From Negaprion brevirostris (taxonomy: Eukaryota), in assembly GCA_030324005.1 (NCBI GenBank), contig JARDVH010000163.1:99197002-99261001 (forward strand): a stretch of DNA of 64,000 nucleotides, in the 5' to 3' direction. Made by a program: the position numbers and the translations under genes. Position 1 is the stretch's first letter; every line of letters starts with the position of its first letter. Under the pieces are notes generated by a model. That model made no database searches and had not been told where the DNA came from. It saw only the letters and a program-made list of their open reading frames with translations. Positions 24,770-38,100 of the stretch are shown piece by piece.

Positions 24770-24858
24770 GTTTTCAGATGAATCATATTTGAACTTGCAG
24801 CCTTAAGTATTGTTTTGGCTGACTTGAGAAAATATTGCAGTTGTTGATCTTAGCTCTG
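24770..24858 (+). repeat. 89-bp direct repeat, copy 2
   Basis: 85/89 identical to 23636-23724. Confidence 0.95.
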
Positions 24859-25328
24859 GGAGGTCTCTGTATTCAGAGGATCATCAAAGCGAAGCTGAAG
24901 CTGAACAGTTCCATGATGAAACACTTACGGAAAAGAATGTCTGTGAGGGCCGTGATGTGTAAAAAAAAATCTGGACTCCTGTTATGATAACAGGGTTAGT
25001 GTAGTTTCCTTTTAAGTATAAATGAAACAGCCACAGAACACAGGCAATGGTGGATTATCTGTTTGAACAAATGGAAAATTTAGCTTCCAATTACCACGTT
25101 AATTGTGTTTGGCAGCGTTAATATCAGGAAGAGGAAGACTGCTCCACTCTTCCCACCCCTTGTTTGACCACAAGTTTTTCTTTTGAAAAAGGCTATGCTT
25201 GCCAATTCAGTGAGTGTTTAACTGTTTACATAGTATTACTGTAAAAGACAGGTTTCCTTGAGTTTTTATAAAAGAAAAGAGGACAGTTTTATTGTAATTA
25301 ACTTGGTCTAAGTAAAATTTAAAACATT

Positions 25329-25393
25329 CTTTCTCTCTCTGTCTGTCTCTCTCTCACACTCTCTCTCACTCACACACACACACACACACACAC
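25329..25393. repeat. Compound (TC)n/(CA)n microsatellite
   Basis: Directly visible in the sequence. Confidence 0.95.
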
Positions 25394-25542
25394 GCAAAAT
25401 TAGATTACAAGCTAGGATGAAAGGTTAGGTGATATTGTCTTAGAGTCCAATAGAGATTAAAGTAATATGGTTCTCGTAGGTTGACGGCTTGGATTATTTT
25501 GTTTTTGGTGTCAAGATAGTTTAAAGATGTTGATGGACTACT

Positions 25543-25708
25543 AATCATAGAATCCTACAGTGCAGCAGGAGGCCATTCAGCCCATTGAGTCTGCACTGGT
25601 CACAATCCCACCCAGGTTCTATCCCAATAAGCCCATGCATTCATCCTAGCTAGTCCCCCGGCACTAAGGGGCAGCTTAGCATGGCCAATCCATCTGACCT
25701 GCACATCC
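25543..25708 (-). mobile_element. HE1-type SINE, 3' half
   Basis: aatcatagaatcctacagtgcagcaggaggccattcagccc...ttagcatggccaatcc...cctgcacatc is the reversed HE1 tail and V-domain end. Confidence 0.85.
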
Positions 25709-26825
25709 TGTTATTGTGAAGACAGCTGCGACTGGGTTAAGTTCTTTAAAATTCTCTGCTGTTAAATGTGGATAATTGAACAGCAAACAGCAAGAACTTA
25801 AAAAATAGGTAGAGAGAGAGAGAGAGGGGCCCTCACAGGAGCTTTCTGTTTTATTAATTTCCAAACTGACTTATTTTGCCACAAGGTAAATGAGATTTTT
25901 ATCTGAAGCCAGTTTCAATCATGACCACATGATCAGTACTTTCATTGTCCCCATGAACAATTTGAAGTTAAAAACTATTGCTACACTGTGAGTGTGTGGT
26001 ACCAGTTCACATTTTACTTATTATGTACTGGTTTCTCTATAGCTGTCTTTCCTAAGTATTGAATGCAGGCAGTGAGACTGGGAAGCCATAGATTTGATCA
26101 GTGCACAGACATAAGAGGGTGTTAATTTGCAAATGGATATGTGCCCGCATATCCATTTGAAGGACAGCATCCCATCCATGGACATTAAGAAGTTTCAGGA
26201 CACTTGAGGAAGTCTGGATCTGTGCAGAAATTACAAGTCAACTCTCTAGGCAGCCATCCTAGCACCTTGGTGTTTTAGTCATTTTACATTAGTCAGTGAT
26301 TTTCAGTCGGTCAATACATAAAGTAATCTTTGTACAGCATACTATTGCCACATGCAATGTTGCCGTTATTGAAGCATATCTTTGTGCAAATCCTTTAAAT
26401 CCTTTCTCAGTTGGTGATTTCACCTTTATGTAGAGAGGCTGCTTAGCTTTTAGTAGCTGATGACTTGCATGCAGCAGAACGTGAACGAAATTGAATGAAA
26501 ATGTAACAGAACGTTGACCGAAAATGGGCCCGGATCTCAGTCAGCGGTGCGTACTGTTGGTTTGAACAAAGCTGCTCTGAAAGAGCTGGTAATCTCCCTC
26601 ATATACCACTGATATGTCAATAATTATTTTGCAGAGATGGGAAAGAAGGACATCTTGGTGGCCTAAGGGAAAGAAAGATGAATAAGGATAAAAGTTTGGT
26701 TCTGAGTTGTTCATTTTATAGATCTCTTGTATCAGAAATATTATTTCTATCAGGATATCTTACGTAATGTTGCAGCATACTTTTTACAGTCAAGTCATGA
26801 TCATTGTCTTTAAAAATAAATTGCA

Positions 26826-27260
26826 TGAGCAGTGAGTGGTGCTGTGGGTTAGACCACTAGTGTTTCATCCCTGGGATATGTCAGTGAATGCAGGCAATTG
26901 AGGTGATTGGAATGGAAGGCTGCTTTGATGTCAACAAGGGTCTTGTGCCAGATCAAATTGGGCAATCCCCATTCAGCTCCTGACGGTCAAAACCCTTCAG
27001 ACAGCATTGCCATTGTATGACACTTAAGTTGCCTTATTTGGGGAGTTCATAGAGGTTATGGAAATGGAACTGTTGCAATAGTGCAGCAGGATCATAACCT
27101 CAGATGTGGTGTGACAAGTTGCATTATTCAGGCAGTCAGAGCTGGCTTTTTTCGGCTTTTTTCAACTTCTAATCCATGCTGAACTGACCTGAGAGCATTT
27201 GAAACTGTGCAAACAGGGGAAAACGTCTAGCATTGGCATTCCAGCACAATGACCCACAAA
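26826..27260 (+). mobile_element. Ancient LF-SINE-like tRNA SINE, highly diverged
   Basis: Ordered blocks resemble my recalled LF-SINE consensus: tRNA head gtgggttagaccactagtgtttcatccctggga, then cattcagctcctgacgg, atggaaatggaactg and ccatgctgaactg. Confidence 0.4.
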
Positions 27261-28807
27261 TTACGTTCTGCAGTTAAAGTTAACTCCACAGCAACCAGAC
27301 ATCATTGCCAGTATAAGAGCTTTTGACTAATCAATCTACCATTACACTGTGATATTGGTCGTTTGGTATCATTTTGAGTAGCACTTCATAGCTCCTTACA
27401 TTTCAGCAACTGATCTGCTGGAAGCCATTGAAACGCAAGTTGAACTGGTGCAGAGCTATGGAGCTGGGCACTTCATCTTGAGCTTATATGACAGCATTGG
27501 AAAGTGGGTATCTGCTAAATGAAATCGCTAATATCTTGATTCAGTATGCTAGAAAGTATATCAATTGCTACAAAATGTCCAATATAATGCCCTATAAAAG
27601 ATGTCCCAGATCATCATCATTAGACTATTCCTTCAAATTGAGCTGGTTTTTTCACTGCTGGTTGTCTGTAAGTAAGATTAACTCAAACTAAGTAGATTTT
27701 GTTTTTAAAGAACAATGGAATAATTGTTTCACATTCAGAATGTTAAGGTGTGATGGTCAGTTATTTGTTGACCAGTGGTTGATTATGTCATTATGACATT
27801 TTTCTTCTAAAGCATATGTAACCTCACGAGCAAACTGTAGCATTGCATGTTTCAGAACTCTGTCCTGACATTCGAATGTCCAGACCGATGGCTGCTGATT
27901 CAGAGCTTCTCGTGAAACTGCCAACAGAAAATTAATGTCATTGAAATCCGAATGATCTGTTAAAGTTGACCTAAGCATTATGTTCCTTTGAAGGCTCTCT
28001 TGCGTTTTTTTAATATCACTTTTTTCTCCATTTTGTAAAATGTTTACTCTTGAACTGAAAGACTTTCATGTTTGAACAGTGCTGATACATCTATTGATAA
28101 ATTCAATTGAACAAGTTCATTTTTCACTTGATGAATTTTTTTGTTCAGCGGCTTGTTCTCCCACCCGTTCGATGCAAGCTTTTTTTTTGCAGAATGCACA
28201 TTTTTGGAACAAGGATTACTTACTGTTTCTTGTGCCATGGCTGTGTCTTTGTGCTGGTGCAGATAACCACTGGCATAATGACACACAGATTGCGGGGAGG
28301 GTGATAGGGAAGCAAAAATAGTTTAAAAATGACGACGAGACATTTCCCTGATATCTCAATGGATAAGTGCACATCAAGGTGTGTGCCTGAACCATTAAAA
28401 AAAAGTTTGAAGGTCCTGCATTGATGCTCACTTGGTGTTGAATTAGCTGATCAGTGCATGCAATAACTCCAATGCTGGGGAAGGGAAACATTAGACAGAC
28501 TAGAGTTTCTTTGCATGCTTACAATACATTGATTTGGATAGTGTGTCTGCATTTTTACTGATGATGCCAACCGTTGCAATACCATCTGAGGAAAATCCCT
28601 GCTGACACTCTGCCTGTTTTCACAAATAAAGGGAATGCTTGGTCAAGTTATTTCAGAGAGATTTACATATATTCCACATGAATGGCTCACTGATTTCTTG
28701 TGAGAGTGGAAATTGTAAAAACAACAATGTCTCAACGTTACATCTCTGAAGTGTGCAAAGATAGAAACATTAATTTCAGCAGATATTTTTAATAAAATGT
28801 TGCTTTT

Positions 28808-29133
28808 AGAATCCTAAAAATCCTACAATGCAGAAGGAGGCTGTTCAGCTCATCGAATCTGCACCGACCACAATCCCACCCAGGCTCTATTCCCATCACC
28901 CCAATCCCTCTAACCTGCACATCGCAGGACACTAAGGGTCAATTTAGCATTGTCAATCAACCTGTCCCGCAAATCTTTGGACTGTGGGAGGAAACCAGAG
29001 CACCCAGAGAAAGCCCACATAGATACAGGGAGTATGTGCAAACTCCGCACAGACAATGACCCAAAGTGGAAATCGAATCCAGGTCCCTGAAGCTGTGAGG
29101 CAGCAGTGCTAACCACTGTGCCACCATGCTGCC
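28808..29133 (-). mobile_element. HE1-type V-SINE, full length
   Basis: The reverse complement starts ggcagcatggtggcacagtggttagcactgctgcctcacagc, with V-domain and tail present. Confidence 0.9.
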
Positions 29134-32100
29134 GTGGACTGCAGTGTTCCCTAATGAAAATATTTACTTGGTTTGCTAAAATGATTGTTAAATTTTCCAT
29201 TTGTTCATTGTTGTTGATACACCCATTATCACATTACCCTTCATCACACTGGAGATTATAAAAATTGATGTATTTATACAATTCACATGCTTGCATTTGT
29301 ACTGCAACCAATAGGTTGAATATCAACCTGCAAAATCCTTCCAACACATGCCAGTGGCAGGCACTAAGAGGGGAGAAACTCTTGGTGTGGCATCTCTAGA
29401 GCTATAAGCCCCTGGCAGCAGTTGCTAGTGACCTGTTCCAGGAAAATCTAGCTCTGGAAACAAATGAAAGACTGTCCTGTACACTACCAGATGTGGGAAG
29501 AAAAGCAGCAATTGTCATGTGCTGATGCCAATGTTAGAAATGCAAGTCCCTTTAAAAGTAAACCAAGTCTGTCTTCAGAGTGAGTTGAGAGCTGGTGATT
29601 TTCATTGAAGCTTATCCTTAAAAGCTGGGTTTTTTTTAACCTAGTTGGGGATCCTTCTGGATAGGGAGACAATCCAGAAGGGAAGAGTTGACACCAGTGT
29701 TTGTACTGAACTGTGTATTACAGAAAGCAGTTGTGAACCATCATGTCTTTTGCTGCCTAATTTGGTAAATGGATTTTCACCTGTTTAATAAAGAAAGGGC
29801 CACTTTTTCTTTCTTACATTATGCTGATAATTTTGATGTTGCTTTGCTATAAAATTTCACTACGCTTTATTCTGTGAAAACTGCAAAGGAATGGTTTGGG
29901 TTATATACTGTTCGATGACAATATTGATATTATCAACTAATTGTCATGTAAATAGTGTGATGGAAAATGTGTAACAGAAATAAATGTGATACAGCTGTTA
30001 ACTACTTCATTTTAATGTATTTATAAATGTGGGTATTTTTTATTACTGACATGAAACATTTTCATCCTGTATCTTTTTAGTTAAAATAGTGGTATTTAAA
30101 ACATACCAGATCGAGTCCTGACACATGGTGTGGGACTGGAGAAGGGGGGTAGGTAGAAGTTGGGTTTTGCTACCCTTGGGTGGCAGTGCTGAGTTTGATA
30201 GCACACTGAGTCGAATTACTGTTGCAAAAACTGCGGCTTGGAGAGTGTGGAATGCGTGGTTCTCTCTACATATTGAACTGTGGACCATGTCAATAATGAA
30301 AGAAGAGGAAAGGACAAGGGTTGGATGTGGGGATGGTGTGTGACAGATCCAACTCTGGTAGCACTGTTTTTAAGTTAACAGGTGTGTTTTGCAATTGGCT
30401 TCTGGAGAATTGATAACTACTGATTTCCATATACTGCTACATCAGTAATTAGATTCTTCTGCATCTTTTCTTCTGTGAAACAATGAACATGTGATTGCTT
30501 TGATACTTATTTTTACATTAAAGCAATAAAATTTAACCTGCAATTTTTGAGTTGTTTGGAAGTTGCAGACAGCACCTCCTGGCTAGTCTTGCTTTCATGC
30601 ATAAACGCGTTCAGAAATTGGCTGAGACAGGAATCTAAAGTCGATTTGTTGGATTAGAAACCCTGATAGCATGGTTGTTTGTATTATCAGCTTGATACGT
30701 ATAAAAACTTGCCTCGCACGTCTTCCCAAATTGAGAGCAGCCAGATAAGAAAAGCTTATCGAAGCATTGATTCGATTTTAGTTCAGTGTGGGAATCAGGT
30801 CACCATGTGATGTGACCAGTGGCAACCCTAATTCGACCTCTGTATGAGGCATGGATGATTTCAGTTCCTCACTTCCATTTACACTTCTCTACCCCAGCCC
30901 CCAATCTGATGCTAATATACCCGGCCAAGGCAGGAACAAGCAAAGTTATAAGAGGTGGGTGACATTTTTATTCCCCCTTCCTTCCTATCACCAAATCTCC
31001 TGGTTTCTACCTGACAATTGACAGCATAACCAGTGATCAAGGCATACCTGCTTGGGGAATTGAAGACTCATGTAAGATAGCACCTCCAGTGTGATGTACT
31101 TGTGTGCATTCAGCTAAGGAACTAAGTGTATTTGGCCATTAGTGTTTGAGATGGATATGTGAAAATAATGCAGGAATAGAAAGCAACATTTGTGAGTATT
31201 GGGCTCTTTTACTCTTGTGCCTGTGTACACTTTGCAGTGTTAAGATTGCTACTTAAATTATTTAACCAACCTTCATTAGCAGTGGTTAATGGAGGTGAAA
31301 TTTCTGCAAACATTGCAGAAGCATGTTGTTGTTACTGAGCTGACGACTGTGTTGCTTGTGAGCATTGCATAACATCCATCCGCTTGTTGTCTTAGAATTT
31401 CAAAATTTCAACTGGGCAACTAGGAAAGGGCATTAACTGCTGGCCTAGCCAGTGACGTCCAAATCCCGCAAAAATGAATTTTTTAAAATCTGCCATTTCC
31501 ACTGAAGGTGCTTTGTGCAAATGAATAGCTTCATCAATGAAGGCATTGCAGTTTGGGGGAAAGAATAAAATAGGATGCGAAAAAGAGGTTGTGAGGAGGG
31601 GCAGTCGAGATTGTTTTAAATTGTGCATACTTTGTGTTCCTTATTGTGTTTGAAACTTGTGCAATATGTTCAAAAGTAGAACAAGCAAACTGTAAAGGAG
31701 AAGTCACTGGAATGTGCTTATGATGAAACACGGCCTTCTTTTTATATCCTGTTGTCCAATTCAGGAAAGTCTTGACAGAAAAACTGATTCATAATGTGAT
31801 TCTGCATTCTGGTTTTAGACCACAATTTTACATGGCTTGTGAGCCTTTTTTAAAAATGGGGATAAGCAGCACATCAGTATTCCAGCTGAGCAACAAAATT
31901 TTGTATTTTTTAAACCAGCTAATAAGGGAATCAAAGAAATCCAAAGCAAAATCCTGTTTAAGTTAAATGTTAAAAGTTTTATTGAACATTTGAGACTGTT
32001 TGAGGAATATCAGCTTGTGATTGCTTTCATCCTGTCAACCTTTCCCTCCCCTTAAAGCAATTACTTTGTTTGCTTGCACCTTAAAAAGATTTGTCAAATT

Positions 32101-35100
32101 TTCGACAATACATTTTGACATTCCATAGATGAAAGTAGTGCTAAGGAGGGTTTTAATATAGAAAAATATTTCCATCAGACTATCTCCAGTGAAACTATTG
32201 ACTGCTTTCAAACAAATGGCCACAAATACCTTTTTCGAGGTTTTCGGCTGTTACGAGTTATCCTGTTAGCCTTCAGGATAACAGCCAAGATTGTCCATCG
32301 TGTGAGAACTATAAATACCTCTTACACTCCTATCCACTGCCCCAATCAAGAAAAGACTAACAGGAATAATAAAAAGGAAAAGGTCCAGAAAACGACAAGC
32401 CAGAATAGAAGGGCGAGGCATCACGGGGGACAACGAGGGTTGGAGGTGAGCCAAATGAAAAGAGGCGGAGCAAGAAAGGACAGGGGACATGTCGTCTTTC
32501 TGTCCGACCCCACAAACAGTACCAAAAGACTAGTGTCCTTGACAATTGAAATGATTCATTATAACTTGGTGACTGACCTGTGTTTCATTACCATGCATGC
32601 CTGGCATTGCATTTAATCTTTATCTTGGCATTTGCAAATTAGCACAGGTTGTTTCTTTTAAAGTTGATCTTAGTGACGGCTAACATTGAGGGTTTTTTAA
32701 ATGCTCTAAATCAGGTAGCTGATATCTTTATGGTCAACTTTATATTATAATTTTCACTTTGAATGTGATGTTGCTCACGAAATTGCTGCTGTATTTAAAA
32801 AGAAAACCACAGGATTACTGGGGTATGTGACCCTGGCAATAAATGGATCAGTAAAGAGACCAATTCATTTTTGGGGGAGTGGGATTGAAATAGGGTTTCT
32901 ATCTCATTTACTTTTTAAAAAACATGCGCCTTTTTATGAATTGTGGTGTTTTTAAACTTGCCTGGGCTTGAGTAATGATGTCTGCAACATTTTTCAAAGG
33001 CCTGCCCTCTTAAATGACAAATAATTTTACCATTTGAAATAAGACTTTTGTCTCGTGCACACTTTGCAATCTTATTGCAATGAACTTTACCAGCAGAACT
33101 AATGCTTCATACTTTTCAGTACCCTACATTTTGTAGCCAATTCACCTAGCCAGCATTATAGTATTTCTTAACTGAGGCACATAGGATTACTGGTACCTGT
33201 ACCTCCAGATTAAACTGCTTCAACTCGATGGTGCCAAAGGTGCTTGAAAGGCGAGGCTGTTAATAATTTTTATGAACGATATTTTTATGGATTAGTTTTC
33301 AAAGTTCTTGTTTAAAACATTGCTGTTCAGATCCCTGAAAACAATGGATAGTCTTTAGATCTTGGAGTATACAAACCCTTCAGTGAGAGGCACACCTTAT
33401 ACAGGGTGTATTTTATATTTTCTTTAATAAGTTTATTAATTGTAATAGAAATGTATATTTGTGGAATATTGGATCCATATTCTCGAATGCAAATGCTTTT
33501 GCAAATGTAAGATTATATAATGCAGACAGCTTGGACTTTTCATTACAAGATTTTGTTTCTATTAATTTTTGAATAAGCTATATGACTATATCAATTTGAA
33601 TTTCATTGTTCTGAAATTTATCTAAAGGGTAGCTGGGTCAGTAGAGATTGCATTATTAGTGGTGGGGACTAACTGCAATTTATTTTCATCTTATTTGTAT
33701 GAATGTGACAAATGTGATTTAGAGTTGGAGGATGGGGCATTTTCACATCACTGTTTTCCAAGTGTGAATGACATTTGTGAGCAGAATTTAAATAACTGAA
33801 TACGATAATGCACATTTTGGAATGAATTTCAGGGATACAAAATCAATTTCATTTTATGCTGAGGGAAAATTGTAGTTGTTTATTTATGCCTAGAACTATG
33901 AGAAAATGTGTCCTCTGAGGTTGTAACTCCTAATATTATGGGTAAACTATCTGTCACTTTATTTATTATGGCATCTCCCACCAGCTAAATTTACTGTAAC
34001 TGAAACAAATTGGATATGTTTCCACCTCAATGAAATAATTACCTCATTGAACATGAGAGTGAAAACATTGTATGCACTCACTCTCAGCCTGGAAGCATAA
34101 GTGCTTGCATAGGAATTAATGCTGAGAGTTTAATATACGCAGTACTGCAAAGATCGGGAGAATAGTTTCAAGTTCAAAGAAACCCAGTTGATTTGAAACT
34201 GCTTGCAGCAGGGATTTCTGGGATGGTATGTCACTTTATTGATCCATTACGTACTGAAACTCCAAGTCTGATCATGAAACTTGAGCGTGTTTTGAATGAT
34301 GTTGTTAAAGCTAACTAGAGAAATATTTGTTGAGGTGGTGTACTAATTTATAGTCTTGCATATGAACAAAATCCCATGGTTCTAGAAGCCAACAGAAATA
34401 GGTAAGACATTTGCAATGACTTTGTACCTAATGGCCATTGGATGAAAGAATTTCACCACACAGAAGGACACCATCCAACCCATCACACCTGATCAGGTTC
34501 TTGGAACTATTCATTTAGTCCCATTCTTCTGCACTTTTTCCCCATGCCTTTTTTCTCCTTTTTTCCTATTTTTTCTCTAAAGCCATTACTGAGTCCACCA
34601 CATACTGGTATAGCCTTTCATGTATTAACAGCCCTCTGCACTTCTGTAATCTAAACAAACTCCTAACCTCACCACTTTGTAATGTTTACACCCTTACTGA
34701 TTCACCAGCTCTGGCTACTGGTCAGATTTTGTCTGTTCAATGATGTGTTACCATGACCATTGTCACATTTATTACCATTCTGCTTGAAGCTTGCCATGTG
34801 CCCTCGTTTTTTCAGGATTCTCCTTATCTGTCTTCTCCCCACCTCTAGAAGTGTTTGTTTTTATTTACAACAGAGAAGGACAACATGTTTAGTGGATTTC
34901 ATCGTGGTAGCCATAGCTTATCGATAGCTACTGTAACGCGTATTTTGTAACTTCCCTTTGCCTTGGCAATTGTGTTGTATCTGGTTTGCACATGAACTGA
35001 CAAAAAATACATTTCAAATGCTGTTAATACCAGAATTATGATTTGGATGAATGACTGAAGTGCACTATTTTGAAAGCTACTCTGCTGTCCAAAGATTTGA

Positions 35101-38100
35101 ATAAATGTAACCAATGTCCTGCAATTTTAGGAGTATTTTTAAGTAAATTATTGATGTATAATTACAATTCAAAAATCCATTTCTTCAGAATTGCAGGTCG
35201 TTCATCATCCATGGGATGATTTATTTTGCAAACAAAAACTTTGGTTCTTTTCTATTACCACCATCCCTGCACCTCCCCAATAAAAAAACACGTCTGTAAC
35301 TATTGTCTACCTTTTGTGCTTTGCATTTTGATGAACCCTCTGCCAGACTTTTATTGTCTACAGGCTTTCGTTCTGTGAAACTTGCTAATTTAATCTATCC
35401 AAAACCACCTGTCTGAACTGTGCATTATAAATATAGAAAAAACACAATTGAGCTTGTCTTGCTTCCATTTTCCTCTAGAAAGGCGACATAAGCTAGAGTA
35501 TACTTCCATAAATGCAATGTTCCTCAAGTAACTCACCTAAATGTATATTTTTAACTAGAACCTCCAATGCTGTTGCAAATTATTTCACCCATCTGGAGAG
35601 ATGAAAACCAGGCCCCACTCTGTCCAGATGCACATCTTCCCAAAGGGATCACCAGTCGGGAATTTGATGGGAACATTGTAGTGTTTCTTTTCTTTCAAAC
35701 TGTGATCATTCTGCAGCTAATAGAGCACAGAATCGGGATCATACCTGGAGCCTTCATGGTCTGCATGGGTTATTACTACACCAGGTAGTAGACCTAATGA
35801 CTCACCATGGTAGGCACTCCCCTAATATTAACCAGCAAGCAATACTCATAATTTTGTATGAATTTAGAGATAATGGTGTGGAACTATTTAAATTTGATCC
35901 TGGTTTTTATATTGCCGTTTTACAAACTTTGCCTTATTGGTATAAATCTCCAGTTGCGAAAAGTGCTGCTGATCGCTAATTCTTGAGTGGACATTATGAT
36001 AAATTGGTTATAATGGTTTTTAATAAATTGCCCAGAGAGAATGCCACTCAGCAATAATCACTTTTTTCCCCTCTTTCCTGAATCAGCTCTTTGTCTTAGA
36101 ACAGTACTGGATATCTAATCTGATGCACTGCCATTTACTGTAGGTGTTTATGTTCATTGCCAGTTTAAAACTGATCTTAATGCATGTTTGGGATGCACAT
36201 TCATCCAAGTCAGAATGCAGTTTGCTGATTCCTAATGCTAAATACTGTCACTTTTTTATTCATTACTTCAACTGATTTATTGGTAATTAGATTCCTTTTT
36301 CTTGCATCCCCAAGAAAAATAAATTTGATACTGGCATTTGTAAGTAGCAGTACTGTAAATTAGCCTGGTAATCCATGGTATTAATGCTCCAGCCCTTGCT
36401 GTACAAAATTGCATTGAAAGCATTTTATGCTGCATAGTTCTGCTGTAACCAATTTTGTGTGTAGTTCATGGAAAAGCTGTTGGTACAATGTATGCGTTCT
36501 TCAGTAAAATTGAAAAAAATTGTTTTTGCTTCCCATACGAATGTTTAGATAAGTGCTGTTTTGATTTTTATTTTTTTGATTTGTGCGTATGTCTACCAAT
36601 ACGAGGTACTTTCCTGAGCTGTAGGTATGGATAACGTGATAACCTTCCCTACATTGCTAAAAGATGTTGGCTGATTGCATTGCAAAGCTGTACTGCAATA
36701 TGATTTTTAGCCTGCAGGGACAATTTGTGTTCATGTGACAAAATAAAATGGTATTTTTGTGCCAGAATTTCTAAAGTGTATCAACTTCATATTTTTTACA
36801 CTCTCTTGCTGCTGGTTGCAACATATTTATTAGCGTATGCTGATTTGGGCTCTGGACAATGCTGAAGGTAGATTTCAGGCTCCACCAAAAGGCTGCATTG
36901 ACAGTAAACCGCCAACATGGCAGTTGTTAATGTGCTAACCAGTTACTTGTTGAGGGCCAAAGATTAAATTTCAAATAAGGTCAGTTAGCCCAGCAGCAGT
37001 GCAATATGTGATTTTCCATAACTGTTGAATCCACCATACTAGCTGGATGGGTAGCCAATAGAGGCATTGCTTTACCACACTACAAAAGCCTGGATACAAT
37101 ATACACAACTGGTTCAAATGAGTGTAACATTTAGGTAATGTCACATTATGTTTTTTACCAATTGAGCTGGATTCTTTGAGCACCAATATGAAATGTGAAT
37201 TGTGTTTTCCTTTCCACAGCATTCTGTTCTGACATGGATTCTATGTATGCTGCTCAAATAAGGTATGGTATGCCTCCGATTTGCCCTTAAAATTACAGAT
37301 TTGGACTTTCTACTCAAAGGGAACTTAATTCATCATGGAAAAGGGTTTGTTCCCGATCTCTTTCAGATTATGTTTGTATTTTTGATCATTTTGTAAGAGA
37401 TTCCTGTTTTATGTTGAAATTAATCTTGGTATTTAGGTCCTGGGAAAATGGTCCAGTTTATCTGGTTGGTTTCACGATGTGGAATTTGGTTTGGGGTGCA
37501 AAATAAATAGTATCTCGTGCTAATTAATTTGTAAACTTTTACAAATTGTTTCAGGAACACGAGCTACTTTTAATTAAGATGTTGGATATTTTCACTTTGG
37601 GAGAAATGGCTGTGCGCTAAATTCTTCTACAATTTCTGCATTTAATCAAGTTATAGGGTACATTTTAGAGAAATTAACAAAGGAATTCATGTGAACAAAT
37701 GGGTACAGAATGTAACTCCAGGAGTTGGGTGGAACATTGCCCATTCATGGGAGGCCCCACTTATTTACAGTCATGCTTCTGTTTTTGGGAGATCTTGTGA
37801 TGTAACACTGCCTTCAAGTCAGAAGCATTGGTTTCTGGTCCAACCCAAGTACTTGATGACCAAGGAAAGAGTGCTCATAATGTGGCTAAACAAGTTGATT
37901 ATCAACCTGCAAATCTTTCCAAAGAGATTCCAGGTCAGCCATGTGATGGGAAGAAAGTTGGAGCTCTACCATCACTATCCATAGCCCCAACTTGAAGTAC
38001 AAGTTGTCACAGCAGCACTGATTCCCTGACTAATCTGGAACACACCACATCTTAATTATGTAATTGGTACATCTTAAAAGGACATTCTTTTGCAACTTGT

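Noticed and set aside
24979-26288. Possible solo LTR (TGTTATGA...TTTACA) containing the microsatellite and an HE1 piece
   Set aside because: The composition is LTR-like, but there is no TSD and no second copy to define the ends.
34913-34930. miR-21-like start TAGCTTATC
   Set aside because: Only 9 nt match; the rest of the mature sequence and a proper precursor hairpin are missing.
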